DNA of 64,000 nucleotides from Candidatus Levyibacteriota bacterium. Its GTDB lineage: Bacteria > Patescibacteriota > Microgenomatia > Levybacterales > UBA12049. A model generated the notes under the pieces. It ran no database searches, had not been told where the DNA came from, and worked only from the letters and a program-made list of their open reading frames with translations. A program made the translations under genes and the position numbers. Location: positions 72,203-136,202 of the forward strand of contig JBPOIT010000009.1 of the NCBI GenBank assembly GCA_052034235.1. Reading direction: 5' to 3'. Shown here piece by piece: positions 30,212-37,623 of the stretch. Numbering within the stretch: position 1 is the first letter of the stretch; every line of letters begins with the position of its first letter.

Positions 30212-32064
30212 CGCTTCTGTCCGTCTGCAAATCCATTAAATTTGACCAGTTTGTAACGGAGACGTTTCATTGCAGGTACATATGATTGTCTATTACCCCA
30301 ACTGAAGTTTGGATCCCCAGTCTCTGCACCTTTTCCGGCAGCGACTCTTCGTAGCCATCCAGCATCATGTTCGTGCAGTTTGGCATTGCGTGTGCCATGG
30401 TTCCACATTGCGCCAAACGCAGCTCTTGGTACTGCTGCTCCAGCTGCAAGTCCTGCTCCAATTGCTGCTCCATGTTTTGTCCCAGTCACTTTAAGAGATT
30501 CCTGAAGAATGGCGAGCATTGATGGTGACATCAAGAGTAGTCCAAAAGCAATAAGCCATCCCATAAGCCCAAGGATATTTGGATTTCCTATAAGCGGGGC
30601 GATAAAATAGTCTGGAGTGCCGGCTGCGATCGCAGAATCTCCAGCAGCAGCGGCAGCAGTGCTTTTATTACTGAATAACTCCACAAACAAACGTGCTAGC
30701 ACAAAGACAAAGGCTGTAACAGGAAAAACTGCGAGATTAGCAACCATTGAGCGAAGCCATTTTTCAAAACCAAGTGGTTTACCAGGTAGTAATCCCATCA
30801 CAATAAAGAACGGGGCAGCTATAGAATAAATTATGACATAGGTGTAGGCTTTAAGTAGGGTAAACCATACACTAAAAAGTACTTTCAAAATTGTAATAAG
30901 AATAATAAGCCATAAGAGCATTTTTGCAATAAAACCAATGACAGTTGCAAAGCATCCTCTAAACGAAAATCCACCTAGACCAATACCACAATCATCTGTA
31001 TTTTTTATATTCATCATCTGCTTAATAAGTTGTTCCATAAATTGTCCCAAACTGTATGAAACTTCCTGGGTAATATTTTTAATGCCTATATCAATATCAT
31101 TGTCGCCAAAATTCAAAACGTCATTGTTCTCAGCGACTCTAAACACGTTATTCACATAGGTCAAAGGCATTTGGAGTAAATTAGCGGTAGCTACATCAGA
31201 AAGTGGACGAGTTTGTGAATTAGGATCTTTGGCGTTGCCGTTTGCGTCAAGTGATGTATCTAAATTTTTATCACCGGGAACCATGGGATTTGTGATTGAG
31301 TTTTCGCCTGGGCCTCCTGCTGATGTAATGACGTTGATGCCGACATAAGTCGTTAGCCACATTGTATCAATGAGTAACCCTGCAATTCCGTATGAAAAAG
31401 TTACGAGAATAATACAAACTATAATGCGAGGAATTTGATTTTGAATTGTCATAATTGTTCGAGGAGACATTTCAATTCGAAGCATTATGCCAAGGCCGAT
31501 GATGACGAACGCAACCATCAAAAGAAAATATGCCATATTTCGAATAGCAGTCCAGAGTGTTAATAAGGGGTTTAGCCCTTGAAACCCATATCCAAATTCC
31601 TGCGCATATGCGGGTTTCACTATGCCGAAGTTCTGTGCGAGATAGTCTGTATACTGACTTGTACTGATTGTTGGTGTATATAAGGCACTAATCAAATTTG
31701 TAGAAGCACCCACAATACCTCCAATTTTTGGAGAACCATCCTTATCCAGTGAAGCAGGATTATACCCAATTTTGCCGGTGGTAGGATTAACGTCCAAACA
31801 AGCATGGTTTTGATCCACTGGATCTATTCCGACGAGTATACACATCGTTGATGCCATGAGATCAATCATGAGTGTTTGTACCCTCGTGTGTTGGTTCACC
31901 GGAACATTGGAGTCGGTATTTGGCAAATTGTAGGAGTTGCCTGTATTTGACGTTGGATATGAAGATTGTGTTGATGTTTGAGCAAGCACTGGTGAGGTCC
32001 CAAAAAAGAACGTCACAAGTGATAAACAGAAGACTACAATAAAAGCGCGGGCAGCAAAGCGCAT
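30208..32064 (-). CDS. VirB6/TrbL-like polytopic membrane protein
   Basis: signal peptide; LWTAIRNMAY...IPRIIVCIILVTFSYGIAGLLID; APFFIVMGLLPG...WLRSMVANLAVFP; Gly/Ala-rich tail. Confidence 0.65.
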   Translation of the reverse strand: MRFAARAFIVVFCLSLVTFFFGTSPVLAQTSTQSSYPTSNTGNSYNLPNTDSNVPVNQHTRVQTLMIDLMASTMCILVGIDPVDQNHACLDVNPTTGKIGYNPASLDKDGSPKIGGIVGASTNLISALYTPTISTSQYTDYLAQNFGIVKPAYAQEFGYGFQGLNPLLTLWTAIRNMAYFLLMVAFVIIGLGIMLRIEMSPRTIMTIQNQIPRIIVCIILVTFSYGIAGLLIDTMWLTTYVGINVITSAGGPGENSITNPMVPGDKNLDTSLDANGNAKDPNSQTRPLSDVATANLLQMPLTYVNNVFRVAENNDVLNFGDNDIDIGIKNITQEVSYSLGQFMEQLIKQMMNIKNTDDCGIGLGGFSFRGCFATVIGFIAKMLLWLIILITILKVLFSVWFTLLKAYTYVIIYSIAAPFFIVMGLLPGKPLGFEKWLRSMVANLAVFPVTAFVFVLARLFVELFSNKSTAAAAAGDSAIAAGTPDYFIAPLIGNPNILGLMGWLIAFGLLLMSPSMLAILQESLKVTGTKHGAAIGAGLAAGAAVPRAAFGAMWNHGTRNAKLHEHDAGWLRRVAAGKGAETGDPNFSWGNRQSYVPAMKRLRYKLVKFNGFADGQKR

Positions 32065-32130
32065 AGCTATTTTAGTTTGATTTATTTAGCAAAGGTTGTC
32101 AAGTCGAATTGGCCAGAAAAACCATTCCTG

Positions 32131-32152
32131 ACAAAGCCTGATCAGGCTTTGT
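32131..32152. terminator. perfect 22-bp palindrome just 3' of tRNA-Ser(GGA)
   Basis: acaaagcctga|tcaggctttgt. Confidence 0.55.
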
Positions 32153-32155
32153 TTA

Positions 32156-32245
32156 TGGCGGAGAGAGGGGGATTCGAACCCCCGATAGCCTTGCGGCCAT
32201 ACACGCTTTCCAAGCGTGCGCACTCGACCACTATGCGATCTCTCC
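32156..32245 (-). tRNA. tRNA-Ser(GGA), CCA encoded
   Basis: GGAGAGA acceptor, CACGC-TTGGAAA-GCGTG anticodon arm, long variable arm, GTTCGAATC, G73. Confidence 0.95.
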
Positions 32246-32387
32246 AAAAGTTGTTTCTTTTATAAACTTTTTGTAAGCTTCCTATCAAGTTGTATATCAT
32301 TCCTGAGAGTATACTTATCGTGTCATTATATCGCATTTACAAGGTATTTGCATAAATGACAGAGAGATTGTAATATTAGGAGGAATT

Positions 32388-33125
32388 ATGAGTAATGAAA
32401 ATTCAGCAGAAGAAGGTGCAGTAGTCAAACCAGAGAGAGCTCATGAAGGTAATGCAGAGGTTGGAGAACCTCTGCCTGATCGCACAGCACCAAGTCGTTT
32501 GCAACCGCCAGAAACGGTTAATGTAGACGGTGAAAATTCTCCGAGTCAACCGGACCACGAGACACCATCTCCAGAGTTTAATGATTTGCACCCCGATGAA
32601 CGGAAAGCATTTGAGGAGCAAGGTATTACGAGCGATGTGTACGACGAGTTAAAGGAGTTAAGTCAGGAGATTATACAAAATGGCAGCCTTCCTCCAGAAA
32701 AACAAGAAAGGCTTGATGAAATGGTTGATAAACTGCAGGATTTGTCACCAGATATAAAACAGAAACTGGGTGAAATGTTAACGGCTGAGAACCAAAAGTT
32801 GAGCGAAGAGTTAGACAAACCCGATCCAGCTGCAGCGCTTGAAGTGGATCCTCAAACGGTTTCTGCACTCGGTGAAGCACAGGGGGCGGTTAATCATTTG
32901 CTTGCAAGTGATGAGAGAGAATTAGATATCGATCGGGCAAAAGCAGCGTCTGATGCATTACATAAAGCTCGAGAGAAGCTCGATCTTGAGAAAGCAGACA
33001 AATTAGGGGAAGGTCCGTCTAAGGCTTATAGGATATGGGTTACTTTGGGGATAATGTTTTATCTCTATGTAGGAGCGCAGTATGCGATGGCTAAATTTGT
33101 TGGCGGTTTTAGTTCCAATAAGTAA
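32388..33125 (+). CDS. hypothetical acidic protein with C-terminal TM segment
   Basis: AGGAGG SD upstream; E/P-rich N-terminus, helical middle, hydrophobic tail. Confidence 0.8.
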   Translation: MSNENSAEEGAVVKPERAHEGNAEVGEPLPDRTAPSRLQPPETVNVDGENSPSQPDHETPSPEFNDLHPDERKAFEEQGITSDVYDELKELSQEIIQNGSLPPEKQERLDEMVDKLQDLSPDIKQKLGEMLTAENQKLSEELDKPDPAAALEVDPQTVSALGEAQGAVNHLLASDERELDIDRAKAASDALHKAREKLDLEKADKLGEGPSKAYRIWVTLGIMFYLYVGAQYAMAKFVGGFSSNK

Positions 33126-33187
33126 ATACCCGTGTAAGAATCCAAACTTCTTGATAGCATGTGAATTCTACACGGTAACCAATAATG

Positions 33188-33271
33188 CGGAGAGGGGGGG
33201 ATTCGAACCCCCGAGGCTCATCGCCTGGCGGTTTTCAAGACCGCTGCACTAAACCACTATGCGACCTCTCC
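33188..33271 (-). tRNA. tRNA-Ser(TGA)
   Basis: GCGGT-CTTGAAA-ACCGC anticodon arm, long variable arm, G73. Confidence 0.95.
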
Positions 33272-33337
33272 AGTCGTCTGTGTATTGTATCAAAAATTTT
33301 CCTTGACTTCATCCAGAGAATCATTTACAGTGAAGAT

Positions 33338-33985
33338 ATGAGTGAAGCTGCCCTTCAACCACAAGATCAACCTCAAGTGCCGCCTCAGGAGCCCCAACAA
33401 GCGCCTCCTCCTCCTATTCAGCAGCGGCCATATGATTCCAATCAGCCCTACCAACCAATGTATGCTAACCGATATGATCCCCGCGTCTCACACGATGTTA
33501 AAACATTTTTAACATGGCACGCTCCTGGTAGACCTTTTAAAGAGCACTCAAAGGAATACTTTATTAATGGTTTTCTTATTATGATGGCTCTTGAGATTAT
33601 CCTCTTTTTGTTTGCCCAATATCTTCTTATGTTGGTGGTTTTCTCGTTTGTCTTTTTGTCTTACTCGCTTGCCATTGTTCCGCCGAAAGATTTTTATTAC
33701 AAGATAACAAGCGAAGGCATTCGTATAGAGGACCATGTGTTTATTTGGGAAGAACTATATGATTTTTACTTTTTAACCCATCATGAAGAGGATACATTAC
33801 ATATCAGAACGAAGGCATATCTTCCCGGAGAATTAACTATTACGTTAGGAGATATCTCTGTTGGTCAGATTAAGAAAGTATTACTTCCATATCTTCCGTA
33901 TCGGGAATACGTCAGACCCAATTTTACTGAACAAGCCGGAGATTGGTTAACCCAAAACTTTCCTCTTGAAAGATCCACACAATAA
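33338..33985 (+). CDS. hypothetical membrane protein (Q/P-rich N-terminus, two TMs, PH-like C-terminus)
   Basis: ATG 33338; TWHAPGRPFK...YKITSEGIRI...WEELYDFYF; the longer track ORF overlaps the tRNA. Confidence 0.75.
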   Translation: MSEAALQPQDQPQVPPQEPQQAPPPPIQQRPYDSNQPYQPMYANRYDPRVSHDVKTFLTWHAPGRPFKEHSKEYFINGFLIMMALEIILFLFAQYLLMLVVFSFVFLSYSLAIVPPKDFYYKITSEGIRIEDHVFIWEELYDFYFLTHHEEDTLHIRTKAYLPGELTITLGDISVGQIKKVLLPYLPYREYVRPNFTEQAGDWLTQNFPLERSTQ

Positions 33986-34038
33986 TTTGATTGCAAGCCT
34001 CAGATAAGGTAAAATACACATGTTGCTTTGCAAAATAC

Positions 34039-34112
34039 GCACCCGTAGCTCAGTTGGATAGAGCGCAACATTGCGGATGTTGAGGCCGGAAGTTCGAATC
34101 TTCTCGGGTGTA
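34039..34112 (+). tRNA. tRNA-Arg(GCG)
   Basis: GCACCCG/CGGGTGT acceptor, A20 in D-loop, CAACA-TTGCGGA-TGTTG anticodon arm. Confidence 0.92.
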
Positions 34113-34119
34113 CACAGTT

Positions 34120-34209
34120 GGAGGGATCGCATAGTGGTCGAGTGCGGCGGTTTCGAAAACCGCTGTCCTGGATTTTCCGGGACCGTGGGTTCGAATCCCA
34201 CTCCCTCCG
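34120..34209 (+). tRNA. tRNA-Ser(CGA)
   Basis: GCGGT-TTCGAAA-ACCGC anticodon arm, long variable arm, G73. Confidence 0.95.
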
Positions 34210-34244
34210 CACAAAACAAAGATCAATTTTAATGCGAAATATCT

Positions 34245-34700
34245 TTAATGTTCCCAATAAAAATCAGGGGGTTCACCTTCACATGTTTGGGCAACAAAAT
34301 CTGGCTGAATGCCATCTCTCCAGGCAATAAGGACACAGCTTTTCGCTTTACCTCCACGTTCTTCAACTGCGCCTACCGCTTTACGAGTAAGGAGTCCTCG
34401 TTTACTGGCTTCATCAATGACAAGTACTTGTCGATTAGAACAATCTCCCAAACTAACTAATGTATCATCAAGATGATAATCTCCAGTTTCGTCTTTGTAC
34501 ACAGGAATCCCCACAACATTACGGCTTTTGATTTTCAGTCGTTTTGCAATTGCAGCAGCAACCGGAAAACCACCAGTACTTAATGCCAGAATAGTATCCG
34601 GTAGAAATGTATCGTCAGCTGCTATCTGTTCAAGGATTTCATCAAGAAGTCTATTAAATTTGTCCAATGTAACAATTTCTTTACTAGCGGATGCACTCAT
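34245..34700 (-). CDS. type I phosphoribosyltransferase-fold protein (Gpt/Hpt-like, degenerate PRPP loop)
   Basis: ILALSTGGFPVA, VLVIDEASKRG, PDFVAQ...FYWE. Confidence 0.7.
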   Translation of the reverse strand: MSASASKEIVTLDKFNRLLDEILEQIAADDTFLPDTILALSTGGFPVAAAIAKRLKIKSRNVVGIPVYKDETGDYHLDDTLVSLGDCSNRQVLVIDEASKRGLLTRKAVGAVEERGGKAKSCVLIAWRDGIQPDFVAQTCEGEPPDFYWEH

Positions 34701-34764
34701 ACATGGAGTATATCATTTTCAATTGTTTACGATGAACGGGGGAATTAAGTATGAAAACTTCGGG

Positions 34765-34795
34765 GCGGGCCAGATGGAACGATATTGGAACTTTT
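34765..34795. repeat. cassette-boundary repeat R1
   Basis: gcgggccagatggaacgatattggaactttt. Confidence 0.9.
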
Positions 34796-34830
34796 TTAGT
34801 ACTGCCAATGGTATAATTGACTAATTATTT

Positions 34831-35265
34831 ATGAAAAAAGTTATTAAAAAAGTTAATAAACCTATTTTCATTTTTGTCGCAGGGATTTTAAGCGCAATTA
34901 TAATTGGTGATTTGTTTAAAAATTTTTATAGAGATTTTATTTATAAAGATACAGACGACGTTATACTTCAAGAAGCTAAAAATTCACCCACTGATTATTT
35001 AACTGAACAATATACTGCTATATCTTTTGTAAATATGGGTGGTGGCGCTGCAGGGTATTGTGGGACATGGGTTTCAGTTGTGCCCATAAAAAAATTTGAT
35101 GAATTTCAAAAAGCACCATATTCGCTTGCTTATACTACAGATTGTGGAGCAGATATATCCTTAAAATGGATTGACAAAACAACATTAGAAATCAGTGGGA
35201 TAATTGATGACGAATACAACGAAAATAAAAATAGTGACGGGAAAGTAAAAATTATTTACAAATAA
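34831..35265 (+). CDS. cassette gene: hypothetical membrane-anchored protein (inverted relative to the other cassettes)
   Basis: 144 aa, N-terminal TM, GGGAAG motif; own TATAAT at ~34812; between R1 and R2. Confidence 0.75.
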   Translation: MKKVIKKVNKPIFIFVAGILSAIIIGDLFKNFYRDFIYKDTDDVILQEAKNSPTDYLTEQYTAISFVNMGGGAAGYCGTWVSVVPIKKFDEFQKAPYSLAYTTDCGADISLKWIDKTTLEISGIIDDEYNENKNSDGKVKIIYK

Positions 35266-35304
35266 CACATTTTTTATCTAACACAGTTGATGCTAAGACT
35301 CTGA

Positions 35305-35335
35305 GCGGGCCAAAAGGGACGATGTTGGAACTTCT
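35305..35335. repeat. cassette-boundary repeat R2
   Basis: gcgggccaaaagggacgatgttggaacttct; left arm agttgatgcta 9 nt upstream. Confidence 0.9.
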
Positions 35336-35370
35336 TTATCAAACAATACTAATTTTAGGCGAAATTAGTT

Positions 35371-35787
35371 TTATAATTCGACAGGATCATCATAGGCATC
35401 TTTCAGTAATTTAATTCTTTCGCCAAAAGCATCAAGTTGAGCGGGTTCAACTTTAAGCATGAGTGTACATTCTTCTGCGACTTCATATACTTCTTCAAAT
35501 ACTATTTTGAATTTTAAAATAATTAATCCTGTATTATTTGCTTTGAACCCTTCAATCTTTACACTTTTAACTTTACCATCAGATCCTTGCAGTTCCCAAA
35601 GGAATTTATTATCTGAGAGAATATTGGTAGTCAAATTTCTACCCCACGTTTTTTGTAAATCTTCTAGTGAAGCATAGCAATTGAAATTTGCAGACAGTCG
35701 GGCATTTGCTACATGTATATTCAATTCAATGAGATCCAGTAGTGAATCATCAACCCATCTAATATTAAAAATTAATTTATTTATCAT
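35371..35787 (-). CDS. cassette gene: hypothetical protein
   Basis: 138-aa ORF filling the R2-R3 interval; TGCTATAAT just upstream of the ATG. Confidence 0.75.
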   Translation of the reverse strand: MINKLIFNIRWVDDSLLDLIELNIHVANARLSANFNCYASLEDLQKTWGRNLTTNILSDNKFLWELQGSDGKVKSVKIEGFKANNTGLIILKFKIVFEEVYEVAEECTLMLKVEPAQLDAFGERIKLLKDAYDDPVEL

Positions 35788-35823
35788 CCTTTGATTATAG
35801 CAGAATTGAGGCTACGAAATATT

Positions 35824-35854
35824 GCGGGACAGTTGGGACAAAGTTTGAAGTTTT
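35824..35854. repeat. cassette-boundary repeat R3 (most diverged right arm)
   Basis: gcgggacagttgggacaaagtttgaagtttt; left arm attatagcagaattgaggcta at 35794-35814. Confidence 0.8.
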
Positions 35855-35866
35855 ATCATTAAAAGC

Positions 35867-36334
35867 TCATTCTCTCATTATATTTAGTTTATAAAATATC
35901 GTATCTCTATATAGATCCATATCATCAGGTACTGAATCTACTTTTTGAAAACCTTCTTTCATGTAAAATTTATTTGCCGCAATCAAAGCTTTAATTGTTC
36001 CTAAAAATATATCATGATATCCATTGTCTTTCGCAAAAAACTTTAGTGTAGAAATCAGTTCATGTGCTACGCCCTTCCCTCTAAAGGTTTTATCTACGTA
36101 CATTCTTTTAAGATAGCCTCGATTACTGCCACAATTTTTCAGAGCAATAGTTCCGATTACTCTGTCATTCACAATCGCAATCCAAAAATTGCTTTTATCA
36201 TTTTGATAAACTTCAGGGATTTTGTCTAAGTCAGGTCGACTAACACCCGTTAATCCAAACTCATCCTCAAGGATATTTAAAATAAACTGCTTTGTTTTGC
36301 TTTTATATTCCTCCGAATACGTGCGTATTTCCAT
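35867..36334 (-). CDS. cassette gene: GNAT family N-acetyltransferase
   Basis: VIGTIAL...YLKRMYVDKTFRGKGVA...AANKFYMKEGF; ATG 36334. Confidence 0.88.
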   Translation of the reverse strand: MEIRTYSEEYKSKTKQFILNILEDEFGLTGVSRPDLDKIPEVYQNDKSNFWIAIVNDRVIGTIALKNCGSNRGYLKRMYVDKTFRGKGVAHELISTLKFFAKDNGYHDIFLGTIKALIAANKFYMKEGFQKVDSVPDDMDLYRDTIFYKLNIMRE

Positions 36335-36399
36335 AAAAAGATTATAGCAAAGTTCCAAAGCACACAGAGTCTCTAAAAGAATTGAGGCTAGGAAACGGG

Positions 36400-36430
36400 G
36401 CGGGCTAGAGGGGACTATATTGGAACTTTT
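36400..36430. repeat. cassette-boundary repeat R4
   Basis: gcgggctagaggggactatattggaactttt; left arm aattgaggcta 9 nt upstream. Confidence 0.9.
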
Positions 36431-36716
36431 ATTCAATATAATGAGTATTTTTTACAGATTCAGGGGGGATAGTTAAACAGACAAAAATCAGTTCTTCATT
36501 AGAATCGTTTATTACTTCATGAACTTCACCTTTTTGGTAGATATATGTTTGACCTTCTTTATGAGTTTTGCAGTTACCTTTAATGACGTGGACTATTTCA
36601 ATACCATCATGAAAATGTTTCTTTTCAATGACGCCAGGTTTCATATAGTACACATCACAAGATCCAAAATCATCATGAGTTATTTTATGTGATTTTCTAT
36701 ATGGTGAAGTTGCCAT
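36429..36716 (-). CDS. cassette gene: cupin domain protein
   Basis: HFHDGIEIVHVIKG...GEVHEVIN metal-binding motif; ATG 36716; stop overlaps R4. Confidence 0.85.
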   Translation of the reverse strand: MATSPYRKSHKITHDDFGSCDVYYMKPGVIEKKHFHDGIEIVHVIKGNCKTHKEGQTYIYQKGEVHEVINDSNEELIFVCLTIPPESVKNTHYIE

Positions 36717-36751
36717 TGAAGTAATTATACCAGTTCCAAAAAAGCTGTGGG

Positions 36752-36782
36752 GTGGGCCAGAAGGGACGATATTGGAACTTTT
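36752..36782. repeat. cassette-boundary repeat R5
   Basis: gtgggccagaagggacgatattggaactttt; agttccaa at 36732 is a perfect inverted copy of ttggaact at 36772. Confidence 0.9.
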
Positions 36783-36800
36783 TGCCAATCTCGACAGTAA

Positions 36801-37094
36801 CTAATCACCAATAAATTTTATATATTCTAGATCATCTGCATTTTTTATAAAATTTATCATTTCGTTCTTAAGGTTTTGATTAATATTAAATCTTTGCAGT
36901 TCAGTAATTAAATCAGGTTTTTGAAGATCATTAAAATACGTATCGCCATAAGGGTCAATATATGAAAGTAAAGGAAATTTAGATTTATAATCCTTTATCT
37001 TATATAACTCACCCATAAAATCTGCAAAATTAATTCCACTTACTTTCAAGGTTTCTCCATCCTCGTTGATTTTTCTAATACCTATATGTTGCAT
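36801..37094 (-). CDS. cassette gene: hypothetical protein
   Basis: 97 aa, FPLLSYIDPYGDTYFN...YIKFIGD; fills the R5-R6 interval. Confidence 0.78.
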   Translation of the reverse strand: MQHIGIRKINEDGETLKVSGINFADFMGELYKIKDYKSKFPLLSYIDPYGDTYFNDLQKPDLITELQRFNINQNLKNEMINFIKNADDLEYIKFIGD

Positions 37095-37130
37095 AATTGA
37101 ATTATAGCAGATATGAGGCTAAGCCGAGTA

Positions 37131-37161
37131 GCGGGCTAGATGGGACGATATTGGAACTTTT
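37131..37161. repeat. cassette-boundary repeat R6
   Basis: gcgggctagatgggacgatattggaactttt; left arm attatagcagatatgaggcta at 37101. Confidence 0.9.
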
Positions 37162-37184
37162 TGCGCTCAAAGTTGAAAACGGAA

Positions 37185-37493
37185 TCAATAAATTAAGGGT
37201 AAAAGTTTTAATAATGATACTACGAAAAATACTAGCCCAACAATCAATGTCACGATCTGTTGAATCAGGAGCGCCCACTTCTCGGAAGCTGGAACAGGCT
37301 TATTATTCCAGTCCTTATACGCAAATTCTCCAAGTTGCCTAAATTTTATTATTAAGAATAATCCTGCCAATAATCCAAAAAAGTATCCATTTCCATCAAT
37401 TGCCATTAAAACCGATGCAGCTACTAAAAGTATGCCAGCTAAAATAGCGAAGGATTTTAGATGATCAATCATTTTTTTTGAAGTTTTAGTCAT
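37185..37493 (-). CDS. cassette gene: small three-TM membrane protein
   Basis: ATG 37493 (MTKTSKK...), 102 aa; the longer track ORF runs through the tRNA. Confidence 0.75.
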   Translation of the reverse strand: MTKTSKKMIDHLKSFAILAGILLVAASVLMAIDGNGYFFGLLAGLFLIIKFRQLGEFAYKDWNNKPVPASEKWALLIQQIVTLIVGLVFFVVSLLKLLPLIY

Positions 37494-37531
37494 ATGAAAT
37501 ATTATAGCAGAATTGAGGCTGGGAAGCTGGG

Positions 37532-37620
37532 CGGAGGAGATGGGATTCGAACCCATGTGAGAGGTTTTAACTCTCGGTGGTTTAGCAAACCACTCCACTA
37601 GGCCACTATGGGACTCCTCC
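37532..37620 (-). tRNA. tRNA-Ser(GCT)
   Basis: GGAGGAG/CTCCTCC acceptor, GTGGT-TTGCTAA-ACCAC anticodon arm, long variable arm, G73. Confidence 0.95.
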
Positions 37621-37623
37621 AGC

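Noticed and set aside
12276-32064. Prophage or ICE call for the T4SS region
   Set aside because: No integrase, relaxase, phage structural genes or flanking direct repeats seen in the window
32141-32161. caggct...gcgg beside tRNA-Ser(GGA) as another cassette left arm
   Set aside because: Spacing is off by one, the match is short, it lies within a palindrome, and no downstream repeats are seen
32077-34330. Short ORFs 32077, 32142, 33947, 34000, 34118 and the 5' extension of 33185
   Set aside because: They are translations of tRNA genes or their antisense strands
34765-37161. CRISPR array interpretation of the 31-bp repeats
   Set aside because: Intervals are 350-580 bp and contain whole genes, the repeats are degenerate, and no cas genes are present
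34765-37161. Classical integron attC sites
   Set aside because: No consistent RYYYAAC...GTTRRRY ends, no long bottom-strand hairpin and no intI in the window; an IntegronFinder run is still needed to exclude formally
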